Assembly (NCBI GenBank): GCA_963833905.1
Contig: CAWHZQ010000009.1
Span: 90,292-154,291 of the forward strand
DNA length: 64,000 nucleotides
From: an uncultured Gemmatimonadales bacterium
GTDB lineage: Bacteria > Gemmatimonadota > Gemmatimonadetes > Gemmatimonadales > GWC2-71-9
Direction: 5' to 3'
Shown: positions 29,063 through 37,959 of the stretch, in pieces
Layout of the letters: each line of letters starts with the position of its first letter
Numbering within the stretch: position 1 is the stretch's first letter
Notes under the pieces: generated by a model
What the model saw: the letters and a program-made list of their open reading frames with translations, nothing else
The model's database searches: none
What the model was told of the DNA's origin: nothing
Made by a program: the position numbers and the translations under genes

Positions 29063-30235
29063 CTATCTGGGCACGATCCGGAATACCCCGCCCTCCGCCG
29101 TCAGGATGTAGAGCTCGCCAGCGGCGTCCTGACCGAAGCTGGGGATGGTGCCGCCGGGCGCGAGCGCCGTCCACTGCTGGGGCTCCATGGCCTGACCGTC
29201 CTGAAGCCGGAAGCTCCGCACCCAGCCCCGGCAGAAGTCGGCGTAGAAATAATGCCCCTGCAGGGCGGGAATGGCAGCGCCCCGGTAGACGAAGCCGCCG
29301 GTGATCGAGCATCCCTCGTCGTGCGAGTATTCGAGCACCGGCAAGGTGAACGCGGCCGGGTCGCACCCGGAAGTGGCGCGACAGTGGCGTCCCTCGGTCA
29401 CGTTCCAGCCGAAGTTGGCGGCCCGGCCTGCTCCGGCGGCCGCGGTGACCACGTCGACCTCCTCCCAGGCGCTCTCGCCGACGTCGGCGATGTAGAGGTC
29501 GCCGGTGGCCGGATCGAACGAGAACCGCCACGGATTCCGAAGGCCGTAGCTCCAGACTTCGGGGCGCGCGTCGGCCTGGCCGACGAAGGGGTTATCCGGA
29601 GGAACTGTGTAGCTCGTGCCGCTCGAAACGTCTACCCTCAGAATGTCCCCGAGGAGGTCACCGAGAGACTGGCTCCTCCCGCCCGGGTCGCCCTCGCCGC
29701 CGCCGTCGCCCAGGCCGATGTACAGCATGCCATCCGGGCCGAACAGGATCTGGCCGCCGTTGTGGTTCGCGAACGGTTGCTCGGCGGTGAGGAGCATTGC
29801 CTCGCTGGCAGGGTCGGCCTGGTCGGGGTCTCCGGCCGACACGTGGAACATCGAGACCACCGTGTTCCCGCTGCCGTCCGTATAGTGCACGACGAATCGG
29901 CCGGTGGTGGCGTAGGCCGGGTCGAACGCGAGGCCGAGGAGCCCCTGCTCGCTGCCGGTCGTCACGCGGCCGACCAGGCTCAGGAACGGGGCCGGCAGCA
30001 ACGCCCCATCCTTCACGATCCGGATGGCGCCGCCTTTCTCCACGATAAACAGGCGGGCGTCGCCGGCCGGGGCCGTCAGGTACAGCGGAAAGCTCAAGCC
30101 CGACGCCACCTGGTCCAGACCGACCGGGATGGTACCTTCAGGCGGACCGACCGGCGAACTATCGCCGGAACCACAGGCGAATGCGGGAATCACCAGCAGA
30201 CAGAGAACTAACGGGAGCGTGCGCGCGGGTCTCAT
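29063..30235 (-). CDS. PQQ-dependent sugar (glucose/sorbosone) dehydrogenase-like beta-propeller lipoprotein
   Basis: Internal Met of ORF 29063-30580. MRPARTLPLVLCLLVIPAFAC lipobox, plus GLLGLAFDP, HNGGQILFGPDGMLYIGLGDGG and YGLRNPWRFSFD. Confidence 0.85.
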   Translation of the reverse strand: MRPARTLPLVLCLLVIPAFACGSGDSSPVGPPEGTIPVGLDQVASGLSFPLYLTAPAGDARLFIVEKGGAIRIVKDGALLPAPFLSLVGRVTTGSEQGLLGLAFDPAYATTGRFVVHYTDGSGNTVVSMFHVSAGDPDQADPASEAMLLTAEQPFANHNGGQILFGPDGMLYIGLGDGGGEGDPGGRSQSLGDLLGDILRVDVSSGTSYTVPPDNPFVGQADARPEVWSYGLRNPWRFSFDPATGDLYIADVGESAWEEVDVVTAAAGAGRAANFGWNVTEGRHCRATSGCDPAAFTLPVLEYSHDEGCSITGGFVYRGAAIPALQGHYFYADFCRGWVRSFRLQDGQAMEPQQWTALAPGGTIPSFGQDAAGELYILTAEGGVFRIVPR

Positions 30236-30700
30236 GCGATGGTCCTGGCAAATCGGGTGGCTGGTGCCGGCTGTGGCCTGCACGCCGCTCGGCGTGTGGA
30301 TATACGAGGACCCCGGGGTGACCGTGTCGCGCGTACGGGTGGCCGCCGATGGCGGGGGCCCGTCGCCGGTGATGGTGGCGCTGGACCTCCGGAACCCCAA
30401 CGACTTCGCGGTCTCCACCACACGGGTCGAGCTGTGGCTCATGCTCGACGGGCTGGACATCGGACGGCTCGACCAGGACAGCAGCGTGTCCCTGCCGAAG
30501 GGGACCGCCACCGTCGCCCTGCCGCTGACCCCGAACCGCGCCACGACGCCGGCGCGGCTGCGGGCGTTCGGCTCGGGCATCCACCGGTTCTCGGTCCGAG
30601 GGACGGGCCACGTTCTCCACCCCGGTCGGGAAGCGCAAAGTCCGGTTCACCCAGACGGGCGAGATGGCGTTCGGGCCGGCGGACCTGCCGCCCTCACCGT
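30234..30700 (+). CDS. LEA_2/NDR1-HIN1-like lipoprotein, 1 apparent frameshift
   Basis: MRWSWQIGWLVPAVAC lipobox and VALDLRNPNDFAVSTTRVELWLMLDG in ORF 30024-30749. The C-terminus TFSTPVGKRKVRFTQTGEMAF reads in a shifted frame with TGA at 30698-30700. Confidence 0.5.
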
Positions 30701-33700
30701 GAGGCGCCGGCCCGGCGGCTCACCCGCTCCAGCCGGTCCAGCTTGGTGATCGTCACGGTCACCGCCCCGAACTCCTCCTCGACCTTCCCCCGGAAGATGA
30801 ACGGTCCCTGATCGAAGAGCACGTGACCGCGGTCACGGTAGACGTCGGGAAAGAGCACGGTCTCGATCAGGCCGTGCCCGTCGTCGAAGGTGGCGAACTC
30901 CATCGGCTCGTCCTTCAGCGTGTGCACCGGCTTGGCGGTGGTGAGCATCCCGGCGGCCAGGACGTGCTCGCCCACGTGACGGTGGAGCTCGGTGCTGGGG
31001 CAGGCGCGGAAGCGCGTGAGCTCGTCGGCGTGGAGCGCCATGGGGTGGGCGTCGGTGATGAAGCCGAGGGTGGCGTGCTCCTCGCGGCGGCGGCGCTCGG
31101 GGCCGTATTCGCGGAGCACGGGGACGGTGGGGGGGAGGTGGTCGAACCAGTCGCCCGGGCGGTCGGCGGGATCGCGGACGCACTCGGCGGTCGAGTCGAC
31201 GAGCCAGAGCATCATGGGGCGGGTCCAGCCGCCGGCGATCGAGTCGAGCGCGCCGACCTTGATGAGGGCGCGGAGGTCGGAGGGGGAGAGGCCGGTGCGG
31301 GCGCGGAGGTCGACGAGGCTCTGAAAGGACGGAAAGACGGAAGGACGGAAGGATGGAACGTTCCGTCTTTCCGTCCTTCCGTCTTTCCTCGTGCCACGAG
31401 CAGCCGCTCCGCGCCATCGGCCGACAGCTCCTTCACGAACTGCAGCCCGACCCGCAGCTCCCGCCCGCGCCCCGTGCAGCGAAACTCGCTCTCATTCACG
31501 TCCGGCGGCAGCACCGTCAGCCCCATCCGCATCGCTTCCGCGACGTACGCGAACGGGTGATAAAACCCTCCGCCGTTCCCCAGCACCGCCGCCATGAACT
31601 CCGCCGGATAGTGCGCGCGCAGGTAGCACGAGTGCTGCGCCACCTGGATGTACGACGCCGAGTGCCCCTTGCAGAAGCTGTAGCCCGCGAACGACATGAT
31701 CATCGTCCAGACGCGCTTGGCGGTCTCGACGTCGCGCCCGAGCTTCGCGGCACCGGTGAAGAACTCCTCGGCGTAGCCGGCGAGCGCCTTGGCGGGCCGC
31801 TTCTTCGAGAGCGACTTCCGGAGCCCGTCGGCGGTGGCGAGCGGCATCCCGGCGAAGGCGGCGCAGACGTTGACCACGTCTTCCTGGTAGACCATCACGC
31901 CGAACGTCTCGGCGAGCGTGTCGCGCAGCACGGGGTCGAGCGGCTCGTACGGCGCGCCGTGCAGCCGCTCGAGGTACACCTTGATGTAGCGGTTCGACGC
32001 CGGCCGGATGATGCTGGTGTTGAGCACCAGCAGCTCGAACGTGTCGGCCCGGCTCTTGGCGCAGAGCATCCGCGAGGCGGGCGACTCGGTGTAGAAGACG
32101 CCCATCGTGCGGCCGGTGCGGAAGAGCGCCTTGGTGGGCTCGTCGTCGCCCGGGTCGGACGAGGTGTAGTCGATGTGGTGGCCGGTATGCGGCGCCCACC
32201 GCGGCGATGGCGTCGCGGATGACGGCGAGCGAGCGGTTGCCGAGCAGATCGATCTTGATGAGCCCCGCGTCCTCGGCGCCGTCCTTCTCGAACTGGATGA
32301 CGGGCACCGTGAGGTCCGGATTGCCGTCGAGCACCTTCACCGCGCGCTCGATGGGGACGTAGTCGGTGAGCGCGGTCGGCACGATGACCACGCCGCCGGG
32401 ATGGAGCGAGAGATGGCGCGGCACGCCCACGAGCGGCGCGGCCAGCCGGGCGAGCTCCTGCCAGCTCGGCGGCAGGTCGAGCGCCTTGAAGTTGGGATGG
32501 GTCGCGAGCAGCTCCTCGAGCGGCGCCTCCTCGTACCAGGGGATGCGGCGGGTCACCTCGCGGATCTCGCCGTTGGGGCGGCCGTGGACCTTGGCCACCT
32601 CGCGGAGCGCGCCGCGGAGGCGGAAGCAGTTGTGGTTGGCCACCATCGCGGCCTGCGGATGGGGATAGCGGCGGAAGACGTAGGCCAGCACGTTGTCGCG
32701 CTCGTCCCAGGGGAAATCGAGGTCGATGTCGGGCGGGTCCTTCCGCTCGGGGTTGAGGAAACGCTCGAACAGGAGGCCCGCGCCGAGCGGCTCGACGTGG
32801 GTGATGCCGAGGCAGTAGCTCACGATCGAGTTGGCGACGGAGCCGCGGCCGCAGTGGGTGGGGCCGTTGGCGACGATGTCGCGCACGACGAGGAAGTAGT
32901 CGGCGAAGCCCTTCATGCCGATGATGGCGAGCTCGTGCTCGAGCCGGTCGCGGGTCACCGGGGCGACGGTGCCGTAGCGGCGCTCGGCGCCCTCGTAGGC
33001 GAAGGTACGGAGCTGCAGGAAGGCGTCGGTCACGTCGGCGAAGCGGGGCGCCACCACCCGGCCGATCGGGATCCGGTACCGGCAGCGCTCGGCGATCTCC
33101 TCGGCGGCGCGGATGGCCTCGGGGCAGTCGGGGAACTGGCGCTCGAGGTCGGCGGTGGGGCGGAGCCAGGCGTCGCGGGGGGACAGGCGGGCAGGCGGGC
33201 GGGCGGTCAGGCGGTCGGGACGGTCGGACGGTCGGACGGTCGGCCTGCTCGAGGGCGGAGATGGTGGTATTGAGATGGATGGCGCGGAGGAGGCGGTGAC
33301 GCTGCCAGTCCTCGGGGTGCGCCGCGACGACGGCGTTGGTGGCGACGACGGGGAGCCCGAGCCGGCGCGCGGCGGCGAGGACGGCGTGGCGCTCCTTGCC
33401 GGGGCAGAGCTCGGCGTAGAGGTCGCGGGGGCCGCTCTGGCGGAGGACGCGCTCGAGGAAGGCGGGATCGCGGGAGAGGAGGATGAGGCCATCGCGGTCG
33501 TGCGCGAGGCAGGCGGACAGGTGGTCGGATGGTCGGGCGGTCGGGTGCTCCCGGATGTCACCGACCGCCTGACCGCCCGACCGCCCGACCGCCCAATGAA
33601 TCCGCGTAATCGCCCGGCAGAGCGCCGCCCACCCGCGCTCATCGATGGCGAGCGCGACGGTCTCCTCATTCTCGGTGACCAGGTGCGCGCCGAGGATGGG

Positions 33701-33913
33701 CCGCACCCCCGCCGCCTCGCAGGCCCGCTGGAACTCGACCGCCCCGTAGACCCCGTTGGTGTCGGTGCACGCCAGCGCCGCGAACCCCCGCTCGGCGGCG
33801 GCGGTGGCGAGCACGTCGGGGCTCGAGACGCCGATGCCGAAGGAGAAGTGGGTGTGGACGTGGAGGTGGGGCACGGGGCTCGGCGGGCATGGGTTCGGTG
33901 TTTGTTCGGACAA
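30694..33913 (-). CDS. dnaE2: Error-prone DNA polymerase III alpha-like subunit DnaE2 (ImuC), 4 or more apparent frameshifts, three repeat insertions
   Basis: PHP domain HLHVHTHFSFGIGVSSP (31895-33913 frame). Core GFADYFLVVRDIV...GRGSVANSIVSYCLGIT...DIDLDF (31492-33669 frame). Fingers MGVFYTESP...FCKGHSASY (31212-32105). OB-fold tail in 30694-31215. The TTG at 33913 is doubtful. GTG 33874 gives a typical DnaE2 N-terminus. Confidence 0.85.
31324..31389. repeat. 66-nt imperfect palindrome built of GACGGAAR octamers, inside dnaE2
   Basis: Left arm gaaaggacggaaagacggaaggacggaaggatggaacg, right arm cgttccgtctttccgtccttccgtctttcc. The centre is GGAACGTTCC (31355-31364). The inner 25 nt of each arm pair with 2 mismatches. 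Confidence 0.85.
33181..33245. repeat. Direct array of about 8 GC-rich octamers (GGNCNGGC then GGTCGGAC), inside dnaE2
   Basis: ggacaggc gggcaggc gggcgggc ggtcaggc ggtcggga cggtcgga cggtcgga cggtcgg. It encodes the low-complexity peptide ADRPTVRPSDRPDRLTARPPARLS, and the dnaE2 frame changes inside it. Confidence 0.8.
33512..33594. repeat. Hairpin of GGTCGGNN octamers with inverted CCGACCGC arm, inside dnaE2
   Basis: Left arm ggcggacaggtggtcggatggtcgggcggtcgggtg, 11-nt loop ctcccggatgt, right arm caccgaccgcctgaccgcccgaccgcccgaccgccc. It is read in frame as WAVGRSGGQAVGDIREHPTARPSDHLS. Confidence 0.8.
33893..33907 (-). promoter_or_regulatory. Putative SOS (LexA-type) operator, GTTC-N7-GTTC direct repeat, at the dnaE2 5' end
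   Basis: GTTCGGTGTTTGTTC. The 16-nt core TTCGGTGTTTGTTCGG recurs 15/16 identical at 55846-55861, upstream of the imuB-like operon and in the same orientation relative to the gene. Confidence 0.5.
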
Positions 33914-34127
33914 AGCTCAATCTACCGCCAGGGAGGGGGCCGTCAAGCCGCGTGCGGAATGCCATGAGATGAGCGGCAGTGACGCGTCGGCTGACGTCGG
34001 CTCGCCGGCGCGCTACCGCCCGGCGGCGACGCGGCAAACTCCATGGTAAGTGAGGCTTACGGTGGGTGTTTCAGGCCGCGACCGCCGCCGCCGCCGAACG
34101 ACCACGGTCCTTGCGGTACTGTCGGCC

Positions 34128-34859
34128 ATGATCCACCACCTGAGGGCTCAACTCGACGCCTATCGCCTGGGCGTCCACCAACGCGACCTTCGCGGCCGCG
34201 AGCAGGACGCGCTCGCCCGCCTGGGCAAGATGACGCTGGGGGAGGGGGGCGCCCGCGTCGGCCGGTTGGCCGCGCTGGCGACGGAAGCAGCCGCGATACG
34301 AAGCCGGCTGGAGGCGCTGTCGGGGGAGCGCCGGTCGTCCGGTGCTGCGAATCGCGGCGACCTCCAGCGGCGGCGCGAGTCGCTCGAGCAGAAGCTGCGC
34401 GAGCTGCACCTCGTCGCCGGCCGGCTGGTGATGGCGATGCCCGCAACCGACGCCGGGAGCGAAGTCCTCGCGATCCGGGCGGAGCTGGCGAACGCCGCGA
34501 GCGAGCGCGAGCGGCTCAGCGCCGAAGCTCGGCGGCTCGGCGAGGACCTCCTGGCCGGGCTCCGCGCCTGGCTTACCCCAAGGGCGCCGGCGTTGGCGGC
34601 GATGGTGCTCGGCTGGTGGATCACGAGCCGCTATACCGAGTCGCACATCCGCACGATCATGAAATCGCTCGGGCTCAGCCTCAGCCGCCGCGGCACCCAC
34701 TGGGTGAGTGCCTCCACCGATACGCTGCTGATCGAGTATGGGCTGCCGCTGCTCGCCGCAGCACTGTGCGCGTTTCTCGGGAACCGGCTCGCGGCGTGGG
34801 TGAGGACGGCCGCGGACGCCAATCGGTCGCGGTCGGGCGGGGTCGCCCGCGAGATCTGA
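34128..34859 (+). CDS. Hypothetical coiled-coil membrane protein
   Basis: ORF 34050-34859 from MIHHLRAQLDAY. Long Arg/Glu/Leu-rich helical region followed by two hydrophobic segments (APALAAMVLGWWI and YGLPLLAAALCAFLG). I do not recognise a family. Confidence 0.4.
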   Translation: MIHHLRAQLDAYRLGVHQRDLRGREQDALARLGKMTLGEGGARVGRLAALATEAAAIRSRLEALSGERRSSGAANRGDLQRRRESLEQKLRELHLVAGRLVMAMPATDAGSEVLAIRAELANAASERERLSAEARRLGEDLLAGLRAWLTPRAPALAAMVLGWWITSRYTESHIRTIMKSLGLSLSRRGTHWVSASTDTLLIEYGLPLLAAALCAFLGNRLAAWVRTAADANRSRSGGVAREI

Positions 34860-34920
34860 TCGGGTGATCAGCCGCGGCGGACGTCCCGTCGGGCCGGGGA
34901 CCCTCTCCCGCGCTCGAATG

Positions 34921-37833
34921 TCACTCTCTCGTCATCCGAACAAGCGCGTTCCCCGCCTCGACCACAAAGGTTTGCAGCTCGGGATCGGCTCGGCGCCATG
35001 CATCGGCCACGAACTGGTACGCCTGCGTCGCCTTGTCGCGCTCACCCAGACTCTCGGCGATGCGCCCTTGCTCCAGGACGCCGAGGACGAAGAGCGGACC
35101 CCCGCCACTCCAGACCCAACGATCCAGGAGCGCGCCAGCCTGTCGTGCCTGGCCCTGCGAGGCGAGCAGGCGGATCTCGATGAGCTTCCCATAAAAGCAA
35201 TCGTTCACCAGACAGAGCGTGTCCGGAATCGACTGAAAGAGCCGCAAAGCCCGAACGGAATCGGTTCGGGCTAGTGCGAGATACGCGGTCGCGGCAGCGT
35301 GGAGGTATCGGCCTTGCAGCTTGCCGCGGGCGCTTTCCTGCGTTCGAGCTTCCTGCGAGGCGCGGAGCGCGAACCGTGCCAGTGACACCGTGTCTCTTCT
35401 GGCCTGCCACCAGGGAAGGCCACGGAGTTGCCGCGCCGTGCCCAAGGGAGGCATCGGCCATGCTGTGCCAGGCTCGAGCGCGTGGCGAAAGGTTGTGGCG
35501 GTCAGGGACTCTGGGATCTCCCCGAGGAGGGCGAGGGCGAGGAACGGATCCAGGAATTCGCTGAACGGCGAGGCGTTCGGGTCGAGGAGCAAGCGGCGAT
35601 CCGCCGTATACGCCTCTTGAAGGTGGCCCCGGTAGGCCAGCTCGAGCGCCAAGTACTGGTCGTACATCAATGTGTCCGACCAGGGATCGACACCAGTGCC
35701 GCTCCGGTGGGTCAGCGCTTGCAGGAGTCGGACCGCGGCTTCGTCCGAGTCGGCCCACCAGCCGAGTTGCATCATACCGGCACCAAAGAGTACCTGGGCG
35801 GAGGCGCTGTCGATCATCCGAACGGTCTCCGGTGTGTGGGACCGCTCGGGATCGAGCATCAGCGCGGCCAGTCGAATCGACCTCGCATTGACGTCACTGG
35901 GATCGAGGCGCAGGTAGGCGGCGGCATACTTCCGGGCCAGGTCGGGGCGGTTCAGCCGGAGCGCCAGTCTCACGGTATGCTCGTACGCCGGCGCGAATCC
36001 GGGGTCGAGGGCGATCGCGCGATCGAAGGCCTCGAGCGCTGGGGCAGGAACGCCTCCCAGCGGAGGATCGAAGTGAAATCGCGCTTCACCGAGGTCAAGC
36101 CACACCTCGGGGTCAGCGGGGTAGCGGCGGACGGCCTCCTCCGAGATAGAAAGATTACGATACCTGAAGCGGATCAGGTCGGCCGGGTCGGTCGCCTCGT
36201 CAGCCGCGCCCCAGAGCGAGTCGGCGGCGATCAGCATGCTGTCCTTGGGAGAAAGACCGCGATTCAGGCTCACCGCCCGACGCTTATACTCGTCCATGGA
36301 CCGGTACGCGTGCGAGCTCGGGGGATACCAGCTGAGCACCAAATTCATTCGGCGGAAGGCAAGCGCGAACGTGCTGTCCTGCGTGGTAGCCTGATCGTAG
36401 TAGACCAGGGCGGAGTCCCAGAGCCCCCGGCGATAGAATTGCTCCCCGTGCAGGAAGGCCTTCAACGCCGGGAGCGATCGGGATCCGATCGAAACCCGTC
36501 GCACCGCCCCGATCGGGCGATCCCGTCCCAGCACTTCAAGAATTCTGACCCCGAGCGAGTCGGCCAGGTCTCCTATGGCCGCGGTGTCGCCTCGGACCTC
36601 GAAGTCGGCCTCGGCGCTCCGTCGGGCCACGTTCAGCACGGTCGCTCTCAGACTGACGATGCCTCTCGCCTTCCCGACGCTCCCGTACACGACCAGTCCG
36701 GCACCCAAACGGTGGCCGAAGCTCGCGGCTGACACCGGGTCCGCGCGGCCGTGCCAGCGCTTGATTCCTACTGTCTGCGGAACGGTGCGCAGTGGTCCGG
36801 CGCCGTCGAGGTCCCGGGAGAGGATGTCCACCAACCCCTCGTGCCAGACTTGCAGCGACGGGTCGAGCACGTTGAATGGGGCGATCGCCAGCACATTGGG
36901 ATCGGTCGGCGGCGCCGGACGGGCCCGCCACAACAGGACTCCTGTCGCGGCCAGGGCGGCTAAGGCCGCGACCGCGCCCCACCAGCGTGTCGTGACCGTC
37001 GAGCGGCGCGGTGCCGCGGGACCCGGCCGACCCGGGGGCGCCGCAAGCTCTCCTGCCACTCCTTCCCATGCCACACCGGCGGCCCCGTTTCCACTTGTCC
37101 TATTTCCCGCCGCCACGTGTCCAGCAGCATACCGGTGCCGTTCGATCCACTCGGACAGTTCCAGCGGCGGATCGGCGCCGAGCTCCGAGCGCACGAGCTC
37201 CGCGTAGGCATGTCCACGGCGGAGTGCTTCCGCGCGCTCGCCGGCGTGGTCCAGCGCCGTCATGAGCCCGAGCGAGGCGTGGGAGCTCAGAGGGTCGAGC
37301 TCGAGAAGGCGCCGCCACCAGTCCGCCGCCATTCGGTGCTCCCCGCGCGTGGTCGCTTCGGCGGACAGCACCTCCAAGGCCGCCGCGCATTGGCTCGCCA
37401 GCCGCGCCCGCTCAGTCTCAGCCCACGTCTCGAATTCCCCGCCCCCGTTCAGGTAGAAGCCGTCTAGAAACGGCGCCGTGTGGAACGCGACCGCCCGGGC
37501 TGGATCGTGCTCCTCGAGCGCGCGGGCGAACGATTCCACGTCGCTCGAGATCACGGCGGGATTGAGGCGGAGCTGGATCGATCCGAGGAATAGCTCGGGC
37601 GCGTGGAGATCACGGCGGAGGGCGTAACAGGCCTGCTTGAGGAGTCCGCGGCCGTGGCCGGCGTCGGTTTCGGGCCACAGGGAGGCAACGAGTTTGTCGC
37701 GGCTGAGTCCGCGGTGGCCGGCGGCGGCGAGGAGGGCGAGCAGAGCCAGCGTCTTTCGTTGCTGTGCCGCGCCGGTCCCAGGGGCACCGTCGAAGTCGAC
37801 CGAGAGTCCACCGAACGTCTTGAGGTGGAGCAT
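34921..37833 (-). CDS. BTAD/SARP-type transcriptional regulator with transmembrane segment, TolB-like region and C-terminal TPR repeats (970 aa)
   Basis: Intact ORF. N-terminal MLHLKTFGGLSVDFDG...RKTLALLALLAAAG...LWPE (winged helix), then a BTAD region (DVESFARAL...WWRRLLELDPLSSHASLGLMTAL), one TM helix (WWGAVAALAALAATGVLLW) and long TPR-like repeats. Confidence 0.8.
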   Translation of the reverse strand: MLHLKTFGGLSVDFDGAPGTGAAQQRKTLALLALLAAAGHRGLSRDKLVASLWPETDAGHGRGLLKQACYALRRDLHAPELFLGSIQLRLNPAVISSDVESFARALEEHDPARAVAFHTAPFLDGFYLNGGGEFETWAETERARLASQCAAALEVLSAEATTRGEHRMAADWWRRLLELDPLSSHASLGLMTALDHAGERAEALRRGHAYAELVRSELGADPPLELSEWIERHRYAAGHVAAGNRTSGNGAAGVAWEGVAGELAAPPGRPGPAAPRRSTVTTRWWGAVAALAALAATGVLLWRARPAPPTDPNVLAIAPFNVLDPSLQVWHEGLVDILSRDLDGAGPLRTVPQTVGIKRWHGRADPVSAASFGHRLGAGLVVYGSVGKARGIVSLRATVLNVARRSAEADFEVRGDTAAIGDLADSLGVRILEVLGRDRPIGAVRRVSIGSRSLPALKAFLHGEQFYRRGLWDSALVYYDQATTQDSTFALAFRRMNLVLSWYPPSSHAYRSMDEYKRRAVSLNRGLSPKDSMLIAADSLWGAADEATDPADLIRFRYRNLSISEEAVRRYPADPEVWLDLGEARFHFDPPLGGVPAPALEAFDRAIALDPGFAPAYEHTVRLALRLNRPDLARKYAAAYLRLDPSDVNARSIRLAALMLDPERSHTPETVRMIDSASAQVLFGAGMMQLGWWADSDEAAVRLLQALTHRSGTGVDPWSDTLMYDQYLALELAYRGHLQEAYTADRRLLLDPNASPFSEFLDPFLALALLGEIPESLTATTFRHALEPGTAWPMPPLGTARQLRGLPWWQARRDTVSLARFALRASQEARTQESARGKLQGRYLHAAATAYLALARTDSVRALRLFQSIPDTLCLVNDCFYGKLIEIRLLASQGQARQAGALLDRWVWSGGGPLFVLGVLEQGRIAESLGERDKATQAYQFVADAWRRADPELQTFVVEAGNALVRMTRE

Positions 37834-37959
37834 GTTACTCCGTCTGACCGGGCTTTGACCGGCCTCTCACCGAGGGTTTCTAACTTAGCCCCCGTTCTCT
37901 CAAGTCGCGAATCCGGCAGGTACCGCCGGGGGCACTCCCTCACCTGAGGAGATACACGA

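Noticed and set aside
31324-33594. Whether the dnaE2 insertions could be inteins or a CRISPR-like array.
   Set aside because: They are only about 20-28 codons long and have no intein splicing motifs (no Cys/Ser...His-Asn boundaries, no endonuclease). The units are contiguous 8-mers without spacers, so this is not a CRISPR architecture.
35251-35268. GAAC-N7-GTTC palindrome (ccgaacggaatcggttcgg).
   Set aside because: It lies deep inside the BTAD regulator coding sequence and has inverted rather than direct symmetry. It is probably a chance occurrence.
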